A stretch of DNA of 64,000 nucleotides from Candidatus Eiseniibacteriota bacterium (GTDB lineage Bacteria > Eisenbacteria > RBG-16-71-46 > JABDJR01): contig CAWANH010000029.1 in assembly GCA_963783375.1 (NCBI GenBank), positions 1,088,001-1,152,000 on the forward strand. The letters are read 5' to 3'. The position numbers and the translations under genes are program-made. The notes below the pieces were generated by a model that ran no database searches, was not told where the DNA came from, and worked only from the letters and a program-made list of their open reading frames with translations. How positions within the stretch are numbered: position 1 is the stretch's first letter; each line of letters begins with the position of its first letter. Shown here in pieces: positions 10,876-20,400 of this stretch.

Positions 10876-11000
10876 TTCCTATGATGGTTTTGGCGTCTCA
10901 ATTGCATAAACACGGGTGATCATAGCATCCGTCCCGAAACGCGTCCTCGAGGATGCGCCAGGGTCGAAGGAAACGATCCTCCCGATCGCCCCCGGAAAAC

Positions 11001-11663
11001 CTAACGATAGAGCGCCTTCACCCGTCCCCAGCTTGCCGGCTGGGTGGGGAGCGGAATCGCCGAGGCCACCTTGAGCTGGAAGGCCAGGTGCGACTGGCTG
11101 GGGGGAGTGCCGGTCCAGGTCATGGTCGCCTGCCCGGTGAGAACGAACCCATCCTGCAGGTTCTGGTTTTCGATTCGCAGGATGTCGAGTCCGCTCACCG
11201 AGCCGTCGGCCGCGGACTGGCCGCAGATGTCCACCCCGTCCAGCTGGAGCGAATCCACGATCATCGATGTCCCCCCGTCGGTGGCCCGGGTCCGGACGAA
11301 GAGTTCCGAGAACCCGGACCCGGGCGTGTAGGTCAGGGTATGCCCGCCCATGTCGAAGGTGACCAGGTCGGCCCCGGAATCGTAGGTCAAGGTGAAAGCG
11401 ACCGGGGCGCCGTTCGGCCAGGCATGGTTCGCGGTCTGGGCGGGGGCGCCGGTGTCCGGGCCCAGATCGAGTTCGAAGGTGGCGGCGCCGCCCCGGTCCC
11501 CGATCCGCCCCTCCCCGATGAAGGCGAACTGCTGGACCAGGGTCAACATGTCGTTGTCCGAGCTCAGATGGCTGGAGGGGATGCAAACCGAGGCCCCGGA
11601 GAAGGCGGGGGCTCCCAGGAAGGTCAGGGTGAGAGCGAGGGTGAGAATGCGAATCGGGCGCAT
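11001..11663 (-). CDS. Secreted protein with C-terminal SWGRVKALYR motif; core resembles a choice-of-anchor W domain
   Basis: AAGGAG RBS; signal peptide MRPIRILTLALTLTFLGAPAFSGA; EGRIGDRGGAATFEL motif (family recalled, not verified). Confidence 0.75.
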   Translation of the reverse strand: MRPIRILTLALTLTFLGAPAFSGASVCIPSSHLSSDNDMLTLVQQFAFIGEGRIGDRGGAATFELDLGPDTGAPAQTANHAWPNGAPVAFTLTYDSGADLVTFDMGGHTLTYTPGSGFSELFVRTRATDGGTSMIVDSLQLDGVDICGQSAADGSVSGLDILRIENQNLQDGFVLTGQATMTWTGTPPSQSHLAFQLKVASAIPLPTQPASWGRVKALYR

Positions 11664-11799
11664 CGTTCTTCTCCTTGTGGCAGCCAACCGGGACATCTGA
11701 CCATGCATACGGGGCTCGTCCAGACAGGCAAATTCCGACCGTCTGCGGGTGAGACCGAAGACAAGAATTATAGCATTCTTCAGGAGCGAATCGAGGATT

Positions 11800-12873
11800 T
11801 CAGTGATCGGCCCTCAGCGGAGGGTGGAGCAGGGTCAGCGCGTCCTGGAGGCCGGAGCTGGCCAACACCATCCCCCGGTCGTCCACCAGGACCGCCTCCA
11901 CGTTCGGCAGGCGCTCCACCAGGGACATCCCGTCCCGGGGACCCATGACGATCAGCGCGGTGGAGAGGGCATCGGCCAGGGTGGCGTCGGGAGAGATCAC
12001 CGTGGCGCTACGAAGCCCCCGGGCCGGCATCCCGGTCCGCGGGTCCAGGATGTGGTGATAACGGATCCCATTCAGGATGAAGTAGCTCTCGTAATCACCG
12101 CTGGTCGATACGGATACGTCGGTGACCCCCACGGTGGCAAAGTAGTCGGTGCCGGCTCCCCGGGGGTCGCGGATCCCCACCGTCCATGGCCGGCCGTCTT
12201 TCCGCCCCCCCGCGTACACCTGCCCTCCCCCCAGAATCAGGAAGTCGGTGACCCCGCTCGTCCGGAGCGCCCGGGCGCAAAGGTCCAGCGCGTACCCCTT
12301 GGCGATCCCCCCCAGGCCGATCTTCATTCCCGGCAAGGCGAGCCGGACGGTCCCCGCGGCGTCGTCGATCTCCACCTTCCGGTAGTCCACCAGGGCGGCG
12401 CGGAGGGCGGCCTCGGCGGAGTCGGGCACGACGGGATGAGGGGAGCGGAAGTCCCAGAGCCCCCAAAGGGCGGCCCAGGTGATGTCGAAGGCCCCGCCGG
12501 TCATCTCCCCGATGTTGATTCCCTTCCGGACCACCGCCCGGAGATCGGCGGGAACCGCGACCGCCCTTTTCCCCGCCTCGCGATTCACCGCGGAGAGCGG
12601 TGAGGTGGGCTTCCACTCGCTCATGTCGGCGTCCACCCGGCGGAAGGTCCCGAACACGGTGTCCGCGGCGGCCTGGGCCCCGGGGCCGTCGGGGACCGTG
12701 GCGGTGATGGTGGTGGCCATGGCCTCGGCGGAGAAGGTCCGGAAGGCGGTGGAGTCGCCGGCGTTCTCGCTCCCGGCGGACCCAGGCTCCCGGGCCCGGC
12801 CCGCCCAGATCGCGGCGGCGGCCAGTCCGAGCACCAGGGCGGAGAGGAAGACGATGCGGAGGTTCCGGTTCAT
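11800..12873 (-). CDS. apbE: FAD:protein FMN transferase
   Basis: AMATT, GAFDIT, LGGIAKGYA, STSGDYE, YHHILDPRTG and ADALSTA motifs; lies at the end of the rnf cluster. Confidence 0.93.
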   Translation of the reverse strand: MNRNLRIVFLSALVLGLAAAAIWAGRAREPGSAGSENAGDSTAFRTFSAEAMATTITATVPDGPGAQAAADTVFGTFRRVDADMSEWKPTSPLSAVNREAGKRAVAVPADLRAVVRKGINIGEMTGGAFDITWAALWGLWDFRSPHPVVPDSAEAALRAALVDYRKVEIDDAAGTVRLALPGMKIGLGGIAKGYALDLCARALRTSGVTDFLILGGGQVYAGGRKDGRPWTVGIRDPRGAGTDYFATVGVTDVSVSTSGDYESYFILNGIRYHHILDPRTGMPARGLRSATVISPDATLADALSTALIVMGPRDGMSLVERLPNVEAVLVDDRGMVLASSGLQDALTLLHPPLRADH

Positions 12874-12958
12874 CGGGCTACGGTAGCCGATCGGGGCGGA
12901 GCCGTCGCGGTCGGAATCACGGGGCGACGGCGCGTCCCGGACCGCCCGGGAAGCGCGA

Positions 12959-13138
12959 TCAGGCGTGGGCGCCCCCGGGGTGGTCGCGCTTGTCGCAGTT
13001 GTCGCCCGCGCCGCAGGACCCGCACTGCCCCTCCACCCCGGGGGCGTCTGGATCGTGCCGGGCGAAGAATCGCTGGACCAGCACCCACCCCACGCAGAGG
13101 ACGCTCAGGGCGAGGATGCCGATCAGGTCGCCCCACAT
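12959..13138 (-). CDS. 59-aa single-TM Cys-rich protein (NqrM / FeoB-associated Cys-rich-like)
   Basis: Read manually (not in the track): MWGDLIGILALSVLCVGWVLVQRFFARHDPDAPGVEGQCGSCGAGDNCDKRDHPGGAHA*. ATG lies 1 nt after the rnfA stop. Confidence 0.75.
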   Translation of the reverse strand: MWGDLIGILALSVLCVGWVLVQRFFARHDPDAPGVEGQCGSCGAGDNCDKRDHPGGAHA

Positions 13139-13139
13139 C

Positions 13140-13736
13140 CTAGGCGCCTCCGCTGAAGAGGCCGGCGAACCCCATGAAGGCCAGGGAGAGAACCCCGGCG
13201 ATGAGGAGGTTCATGGCCGTCCCCCGGATGAGCGCCGGGATGTTGGAGAGTTCGGCTTCCTCGCGGATCCCGGCCATCAGCACCAGGGCCAGGGTGAGTC
13301 CCCCTCCCCCGCCCAGGGCGAAGGCCACCCCCTCCACCAGGCCGTAACCCCGGCTGGTCTGGAAGAGAGCGAGGGCCAGGATCGCGCAGTTGGTGGTGAT
13401 GAGGGGAAGGAAGATCCCCAGCGCCCGGAAGAGCGCGGGGGAAAGCTTCTTGATCACCATCTCCACGAACTGCACGGTGCTGGCGATCACCACGATGAAG
13501 CTGATGAGCCGGAGATACGGGGCGTGCACCAGGATGAAGGTGTTGAGGAGCCAGGCGCAAAGGGAGGTGATGACCATGACGAAGATGTTGGCCAGCCCCA
13601 GCCGGAAGGCGGTCTCCAGGCGGCTGGACACCCCGAAGAACGGGCAGAGTCCGAGGAAGTACGAGAAGGTGAAGTTGTTGATCACCAGCGCGCTGATGAA
13701 GATCCAGAACAGGTTCGCGGGAGAGACGTTTCCCAT
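13140..13736 (-). CDS. rnfA: Rnf electron transport complex subunit A
   Basis: FLGLCPF and LGIFLPLITTNCAIL motifs; ~6 TM. Confidence 0.93.
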   Translation of the reverse strand: MGNVSPANLFWIFISALVINNFTFSYFLGLCPFFGVSSRLETAFRLGLANIFVMVITSLCAWLLNTFILVHAPYLRLISFIVVIASTVQFVEMVIKKLSPALFRALGIFLPLITTNCAILALALFQTSRGYGLVEGVAFALGGGGGLTLALVLMAGIREEAELSNIPALIRGTAMNLLIAGVLSLAFMGFAGLFSGGA

Positions 13737-13739
13737 GTG

Positions 13740-14390
13740 CTAAGCCGCCCTTCCCTTGACATACCGCTGGGCCAGCTTCGCCCGTCCCTCTTTCACCGCG
13801 GCGAAGACGAGCAGCAGCGAGCCGAGCATGAGGAAGCCCCCGGGGGGAAGGATCATGATCACCCAGGGCTCGAAGTGCGGCCCGAAGAGCGACACCCCGA
13901 AGAACGACCCGCTCCCCAGGATCTCCCGCAGACCGCCCAGCATGAGGAGGGCCATGAGGAAGCCTCCGCCCATCCCCAGAGCATCCATGACCGCCGGCCC
14001 CACCCGGTTCCGCGACGCGAAGGCCTCGGCGCGGCCGAGGATGATGCAGTTCACCACGATGAGGGGGATGAAGGCGCCCAGGGCCCGATGCACATCGGGG
14101 GAAAGCGCCTGAAGCGAGAAGTCGGCCACGGTGACGAAGGTGGCGATGATGATGATGTAGGTGGAGATCCGGACCTGGCGGGGAATGATGTTCCGGAAGA
14201 CCGAGATCAGGAAGCTCGACATCACCAGCACGAACAGGGTCGCGCCGCCCATGGCCAGGCCGTTGATCGCGCTGTTGGTGACGGCCAGGGTCGGGCACAT
14301 GCCGAGCACCTGGACGAAGACCGGGTTCTCCTTCCAGAGCCCCTTCAAGAACTCGGCGTAGGCCTGACCCGGTTCCTGGATCGGCGCCAT
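13740..14390 (-). CDS. rnfE: Rnf electron transport complex subunit E
   Basis: ENPVFVQVLGMCPTLAVT, FIPLIVVNCIILGRAEAFA and LPPGGF motifs. Confidence 0.93.
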   Translation of the reverse strand: MAPIQEPGQAYAEFLKGLWKENPVFVQVLGMCPTLAVTNSAINGLAMGGATLFVLVMSSFLISVFRNIIPRQVRISTYIIIIATFVTVADFSLQALSPDVHRALGAFIPLIVVNCIILGRAEAFASRNRVGPAVMDALGMGGGFLMALLMLGGLREILGSGSFFGVSLFGPHFEPWVIMILPPGGFLMLGSLLLVFAAVKEGRAKLAQRYVKGRAA

Positions 14391-14391
14391 G

Positions 14392-15108
14392 TCACTCCCC
14401 TCCCGACCCGGCCGCGTCCGGGCGGCCGGGGGCGTCCGGCGCCTCACCCACGGGGGCGGCGCCCCCGGAATCCGGGGCCGATCCCGTCGCCGGAAGACGG
14501 GACAGCCACTCGTCGTTGGTGTTGCGAACGATCTTCACCACCGCGGTCGAGGAGATGGTGGCCCCGGTGATGGCGTCCACCTCGTTGGGGGCGTTCCGCC
14601 CCCCCTTCACCAGCTTGATCTCGGGCTGGACCGAGAGGTCCCTGAAGTTGGCGGCGAAATCGGGGTCCTTGTAGATCCGGTCCCCCAGACCCGGGGTCTC
14701 CCGGCTCTCCAGGATCTGAAGCCCCACGATCATCTCCCGCGCCGGATCGTAGCCGTACAGGAGCTCGATCGTGTCCTGGAAGCCCGCCCCCTTCCCGGGG
14801 ATGGCGTACCCCTTGAACGCGCCGGCGGAGTCGAAGGCGGCGTACACCGCCTCCGCGTCCTCGGCGCCCGATTCCTTGGGAACGAGCTGGCCGTCGGCCC
14901 ACTCCATCCGCTCCAGTTTCACCGACCCGGGAACCACCTGGAACACCGCCCGCCGGAGCGCCTCCGCCTTGTTGGCTTCGATCCGGGGGAGGGTGACCTC
15001 GTAGGCGCTCACGATGGCCAACCCGGAGAAGAGGCCGGCCAGGGCCAGGGTGATCACCAGCCGGGCGGTACGGGGTTGTGCCTCGGGAACGGGGGGCTTC
15101 GCGCTCAT
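14392..15108 (-). CDS. rnfG: Rnf electron transport complex subunit G (FMN-binding)
   Basis: N-terminal TM, ETPGLG, and DAITGATISS flavinylation motif. ATG overlaps the rnfD stop (ATGA). Confidence 0.92.
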   Translation of the reverse strand: MSAKPPVPEAQPRTARLVITLALAGLFSGLAIVSAYEVTLPRIEANKAEALRRAVFQVVPGSVKLERMEWADGQLVPKESGAEDAEAVYAAFDSAGAFKGYAIPGKGAGFQDTIELLYGYDPAREMIVGLQILESRETPGLGDRIYKDPDFAANFRDLSVQPEIKLVKGGRNAPNEVDAITGATISSTAVVKIVRNTNDEWLSRLPATGSAPDSGGAAPVGEAPDAPGRPDAAGSGGE

Positions 15109-16109
15109 GCCCGCCTCCCCCGGCCGAAGGCCCGAGGCTGGGTCGCCCGCTCGATGAGCGGGGTGACCGCGTTCATGAGCAGGATTGCGTACATGACCCC
15201 CTCGGGGAGGCCGCCCCAGATCCGGATCAACACCACCAGGACCCCGATCCCCAGACCGAACAGCCACGCCCCTCTGGGCGCCACCGGTGAAGTGACCGGA
15301 TCGGTGGCCATGAACACCGCCCCGAAGAGGAGCCCCCCGCTGAACAACATGAAGAGAGGGGAGGGAAACTTTTCCGGTGAAAGGAGATAGATCACCCCTG
15401 AAAGGACCGTGACCGTGAGGAGGATGGAGGCCGGGATCCGCCAGTCGAAAGTCCTCCGGGCCATGAGCCAGAGCCCGGCCAGGATGATCACCGCGGCGCT
15501 GGTCTCCCCCAGCGAACCCGGGATGTGCCCCCCCAGGAGCCCGGAGAGGGCGGTGGCCTGGTGCTGGAACTTCATGAGACCCAGCGGCGTGGCGGTGGTG
15601 ACCGCGTCGGCGGCAGGGTGCATGAAGGGGAGGGCGAGGTTTCCCGCCCGCACCGCGAACAGGCCTCCCGGAGCCGACCAGGTGGTGATGACGGTGGGGA
15701 AGGCGGCCTGGAGGAAAGCGCGTCCCACCAGGGCGGGGTTGAAGAGGTTGTGCCCGAGGCCTCCCCAGACGATCTTCCCCAGCCCCATGCCCACCACACC
15801 GCCCAGGAACGCCATCCAGAGCGGGAAGCCCGGGGGAAGGGTGAGCCCCAGGATGATCCCGGTCACCGCCGCGCTGCCGTCCTTGAGGGAGAGCCCGCGC
15901 CGCTCCGGCTTCAGGAACAGCCACTCGGTCCCCATGGCGCCGGCGGTGCTCGCCGCCACCACCAGGAGCGCGGAGAGCCCGAAGGTGTACATCGCCACCA
16001 GGAGCACCGGCACCAGGGCCCAGACCACATCCCCCATCAGCCGGGGAGTGGTGACCCCCTGGGCCAGGAACGGCGAGGTCTGGACCTGCAGCCTCGGTTC
16101 GCTGCTCAT
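15105..16109 (-). CDS. rnfD: Rnf electron transport complex subunit D
   Basis: GGLGHNLFNPALVGRAFL, DAVTTATPL, GSLGETS and FMATDPVTSP motifs. Confidence 0.93.
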   Translation of the reverse strand: MSSEPRLQVQTSPFLAQGVTTPRLMGDVVWALVPVLLVAMYTFGLSALLVVAASTAGAMGTEWLFLKPERRGLSLKDGSAAVTGIILGLTLPPGFPLWMAFLGGVVGMGLGKIVWGGLGHNLFNPALVGRAFLQAAFPTVITTWSAPGGLFAVRAGNLALPFMHPAADAVTTATPLGLMKFQHQATALSGLLGGHIPGSLGETSAAVIILAGLWLMARRTFDWRIPASILLTVTVLSGVIYLLSPEKFPSPLFMLFSGGLLFGAVFMATDPVTSPVAPRGAWLFGLGIGVLVVLIRIWGGLPEGVMYAILLMNAVTPLIERATQPRAFGRGRRA

Positions 16110-16122
16110 CGTCTTCTCGCGG

Positions 16123-17457
16123 TCATTTCGCGACCGTCTTCCGCCCGCGGATCGCCGACTTGGCCACCCGGATGAGCTGGACGACGGGGATTCCCGAGGG
16201 GCAGGCGTAGCTGCACGACCCGCACTCCATGCAGTCCATCACGAAGAACTTCTCCATCTCCTCGTAGCGGCCGGCGCGGGCCAGGCGGCCGAGGCGGGAG
16301 GGATTCAGGAAATTGGGACAGGCTTCCACGCAACGCCCGCACCGAACGCAGGTGTACTCGTTGGGGATTCGGGCCTCCGCCTCGGTGAACGCCAGGAGTC
16401 CCGAGGTGCCCTTGAGGATCGGAACGTCGAGGCTGGAGAGCGGGGAGCCCATCATCGGCCCCCCCATCACCACCTCGCGGGCCTCGGCGGTCAGCCCGCC
16501 GCAGTAGTCGAGCACCGCGCGAACCGGCGTTCCCACCGGAACCAGGAGGTTGGCCGGACGCTCGATCCCCGGCCCGGCGACCGTCACCACCCGCTCGATC
16601 AGGGGTCGCCCGTGGTCGAAGTAGTCGGCGAGAGCGGCCATCGTCCCCACGTTGTTCACCACCGTCTCGACGTCGAGGGGAAGCTTTCCCGCCGGCACCT
16701 CCACCCCGTAGATGGCGCGGATGAGCATCTTCTCCGCCCCCTGGGGATACTTCACCTTGAGCGGAACCACGCGGATCTTCGAGTCCTCGGGGATGGCGCC
16801 GCGGAGGGCCTCGATGGCGTCGGGCTTGTTGAGCTCGACCCCGATCGCCGTCTCCTCCACCCCCAATCGCTCGGCCAGGATCTCGATGCCTCGAACGATC
16901 GCTTCCGGCCGCTCCACCATGACCCGGTGGTCGGTGGTGAGGAACGGCTCGCACTCGCACCCGTTCACCACCAGGCGTCGGACCCGCTTCCCCTCGGGGA
17001 GCTTGTACTTGACGTGGGTGGGAAACGCCGCGCCTCCCATCCCCACCAGCCCCGCCCGCTGGACGTGGGCCACGAAGTCGTCGATGGACAGGCTCCGCCA
17101 GTCGATAGGGGGAAGGCCGTTGAGCTTCTGGGTGGCGAAGGGATCGGCCTCGATCTCGATGGACTCGGTGAGTCTGCCGTTGGGGTGGAGCCGCGGGGCG
17201 ATGGCCGCGATGCGGCCGGTGACCGGGCTGTGGAGGGTGGTGGAGACGAAGCCCCCCGGCTCGGCCACCAGCTGGCCGCGCACCACCCGCTCCCCCACCT
17301 CCACCACCGGACGGCAGGGCGCCCCGGTGTGCTGGCTCAAGGGCAGGATGTAACGCTCCACGAAAGGCATCCGGGCGGTCGGGAGGTGCTCGGTCTCCTC
17401 CTTGTTCTCCTCGGGATGGATGCCGTGGCGAAAGGTGCGGGGCAGAAAGCGGGTCAC
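16123..17457 (-). CDS. rnfC: Rnf electron transport complex subunit C
   Basis: GLVGMGGAAFPTHVK, NGCECEPFLT, KYPQGAEK and GGPMMG motifs; two CxxCxxCxxxCP clusters. GTG overlaps the upstream stop. Confidence 0.94.
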   Translation of the reverse strand: MTRFLPRTFRHGIHPEENKEETEHLPTARMPFVERYILPLSQHTGAPCRPVVEVGERVVRGQLVAEPGGFVSTTLHSPVTGRIAAIAPRLHPNGRLTESIEIEADPFATQKLNGLPPIDWRSLSIDDFVAHVQRAGLVGMGGAAFPTHVKYKLPEGKRVRRLVVNGCECEPFLTTDHRVMVERPEAIVRGIEILAERLGVEETAIGVELNKPDAIEALRGAIPEDSKIRVVPLKVKYPQGAEKMLIRAIYGVEVPAGKLPLDVETVVNNVGTMAALADYFDHGRPLIERVVTVAGPGIERPANLLVPVGTPVRAVLDYCGGLTAEAREVVMGGPMMGSPLSSLDVPILKGTSGLLAFTEAEARIPNEYTCVRCGRCVEACPNFLNPSRLGRLARAGRYEEMEKFFVMDCMECGSCSYACPSGIPVVQLIRVAKSAIRGRKTVAK

Positions 17458-20400
17458 CGGTTCTCCTCTCCGCCGCCGTTCGCGGGCCGGGCGCCGGCCA
17501 AGGCCAGGAGACGCCCTCGTACCCGCTGGGTGAGCTCGGCTTCGGTCCGGCCCCGGGTCTCGGCCAGGCGCGCCTCGTAGTCGGCGCGGAGCGCTTCGAG
17601 GGCGGCCGCGTGTTCGTCCCGGAGCGCGGCCAGGGCTCCGGCCCGCGCTTCCTCGAGGGCGGCGGGCGGAAGCGCGGTGCCGGCCAGCTCCTGGAGCGTG
17701 CGCCAGGCGGCCATCCGCTCCTCCACCGCGCGGACCAGGGCCGGGCTCACCCGGAGCAGATTTTCCGTCTCGGGCTCACCCACCGTAGGTGTTTTCTTTT
17801 TGCGGACTTCCCCGGATAGCTTCAAGTAATCGATAAGGGGTGTCGGCTCGATGTCGTCCGCGGTCAGCGGGGTGAGCTGGGCGGCGAAGCGCCCTTCCTC
17901 CGCGGCCCAGGCCGCGGGGGTGAGCACTTCCCCGTTCCGGTTCCTGGCCCAGCCTCCCGCGGGATCCGGGTTGGCGGAGATGTCCACCCGGGGGCGTTCG
18001 CCGATTGGGTCCAGGGGCGAGCGCCGGATGAGCGGGAAGGTCCGCGCGGCCACCGCCCGCCACGCCCGGGTAAGGGCCTGGTCGGCGGGGAAGCCGTGGC
18101 GCTCCGGACTCGGAGCATGAACTCGGATGAGCGCCGGCCCGTCGAAGGCCACCGCCTCGGCGACCCCGGGCTCCAGATGCCCGGGATGGGCGATCGAGGT
18201 CTGAAGGACGTAGGCCCGCGGATGGGCCAGGGCGAAGAGCGCCACGTCGTGCCGCATGGCCGAGGAGGGTTCCGCCGCCGCCATCACGTCGCCGCTCTCG
18301 GCCAGGCCGAGGTGAGCCTCGGCGAGGAGGATCCACTTCACGGGAACGTCGCCGTCCAGAAGGTTCACGAAGCCGGCGAGCCCCGGTCCGGCCAGCGCGT
18401 CCTCGTTCACGACGAGGAAGAGCGGTGGGCACTGGGCCCGCTCTTCGGGAGTCAGGTCCCGCCAGGTGAGGCGGGCGAGCCGGGGCGCGGCCCCCGCGGC
18501 CTCGGCCGGCCGATCCAGCTCCAGACGGGCCCGGCGGATGGCCACGAACCCGTCGAGGGCTTCGCGGAGCTGGCCTTCGAGAATGCCCCGGGCGATCTCC
18601 GCGCTGTCTCCGGTGGCGTCCACGGTCACCGGCACGGCGAAGGGGTTCTCCGGGAAAGCCCCGGCCCAGGCAGCCGCGGTTCCCGGTCCCACCACCACTC
18701 CGAAGGGCGCCCGGCCGGCGCCCGACTCCCCCTCGGTGAGCCGCCAGTGGAGGTCGGCCAGGGTGCGCGCGGAGTCCACCAGGCGGCGGAGCCGGGCCAC
18801 GTCCACCCGCCCGGTCTCGAAGGCGGTCTCGATCCGGTTGGAGAGCTCGGTCAGATCCGCGTCGGGCCGGCGCACCTCCCCCAGGCCCTTGGCCAGGGCG
18901 TCGAGGTCGGCGGTGGGAAGGGCCCCGGCCATGGATTCCCGGATGGCGCCAGCCAGTTCATTTCGCGTCTTTTCAATCGTTTCCAGAGTTTCCTTGAGAC
19001 GGGGCTTCAAGTGGGCGGCGGCGCTCCCCAGGATCTGCCGCACCGCGATCCGCTCCCCCGAGCCGGGCTCGGCGGGGTCCCCGCCGGCGAGCACGTCCCG
19101 CCCGGCGCGGCCCAGAAGGTCGGCGGCCAGGGCACCGACGTCGCTCCGGGACCGGGCGATCTCCAGCGCGGCGGGCGAGGTCTCGGGGAGGGTCTCGAAG
19201 CGCCGGTGGAGCGCGCGGGCCTCGGCCAGACGATCGGAGGTCTGGGGAAGGGCGACGAGCGCCCCCGGCTCGCAGACCGCCACGCACACCCCGCAGGCCT
19301 TGCAGGCATCGGGGTTCACGGCCAGGGTGAACAGGTCCCCGCTTCCCCGCATGGTCCGCTCGGGGACCTCGAAGAAGGGCTTGGTGCGAGCCACGGGAAG
19401 ATCGGCGATCTCCTCGCGAACCGCTCCGAAGGCCTCGGCGAGGCCGGCCTTCCGGTCCTCGGGCAAGGGCATCTTCTCGATCAGGCTCGTGAACGCACTC
19501 GCGAACAGCGGGCCGGCCGTGGCGCCCGCGGTGTCCTGAGCGGCCAGATCCTGGTTCACCCGCGCGGCGAGCTTCGAGGCGGCCATGCGAAGCGCGTCGG
19601 CGCTTCGGCCCCGCTCGCGGGCCCGGGCCATGCCGAAGTCGAGAAGGGCGGAGGCGGAGAGAACCGCCGGCTCCACCGCGCCGTCGGGACACGCGCTCCA
19701 GCAGGCGCCACAGGCGGTGCAGAGCGCGGGTTCGAAGGCGGGAAGGGTCGCGCGCGCGCCGGATAGGTCGGCGAAGGTCGAGGCCAGGGGAGGCACCGCG
19801 CCCACCGCCAGGTACGGATCGGGAACCAGCCCTTCGGCGGAGTGGTCGCGCGCCAGCACCCCGACCTGGTCCCAGAACCGGGGAAGGCTGTCCATGGTGT
19901 CGTCGGCCTTCCCCAAGCGGCGGACCGCGGCGGGGGCGCCAAGCTCACCTTCGGGAGCGGCCTCGGCGGTGGCGACGTCGGAGCCCATCGCCTCCAGGAG
20001 CGCCACCTCCCCGAACCCGGCCAGACAGGAATCACCCTCCGGCTCTCCCCCCGCCGTTTCCTTCCGGGCGGCGGCCAGCTTCCGCGGGTTGAGATCGACC
20101 TTCCCCTCGGCCTTCAACACGCCGAGAAGGGCGCCGGCCACCCGCGCGTCGCGCTCGGCGCGGGGCGCGTCGTGGGCCACCGCGACCGCGTAGAGCCTCA
20201 AGGTGTTTTCGCGGGCGGAACGGCGCACCGCCTCCCCCAGCTGCGTCAGCAACCCGCCCGAGGCCGGGTCCCGGACCACCAGGAGAAAGGCGCCGGGCCG
20301 GAGCCCCTCCAGAGCCTCCGCGGGGACCGGAGTTCCCGATCCGATCCACACCGCGCCTTCGGGGGCGACGTCGTCCCCGGGGTCCTTCAGATCGTCCGGC

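Noticed and set aside
13140-17457. Na+-NQR instead of Rnf
   Set aside because: RnfC with two [4Fe-4S] motifs and RnfB are present, and there is no NqrA or NqrF.
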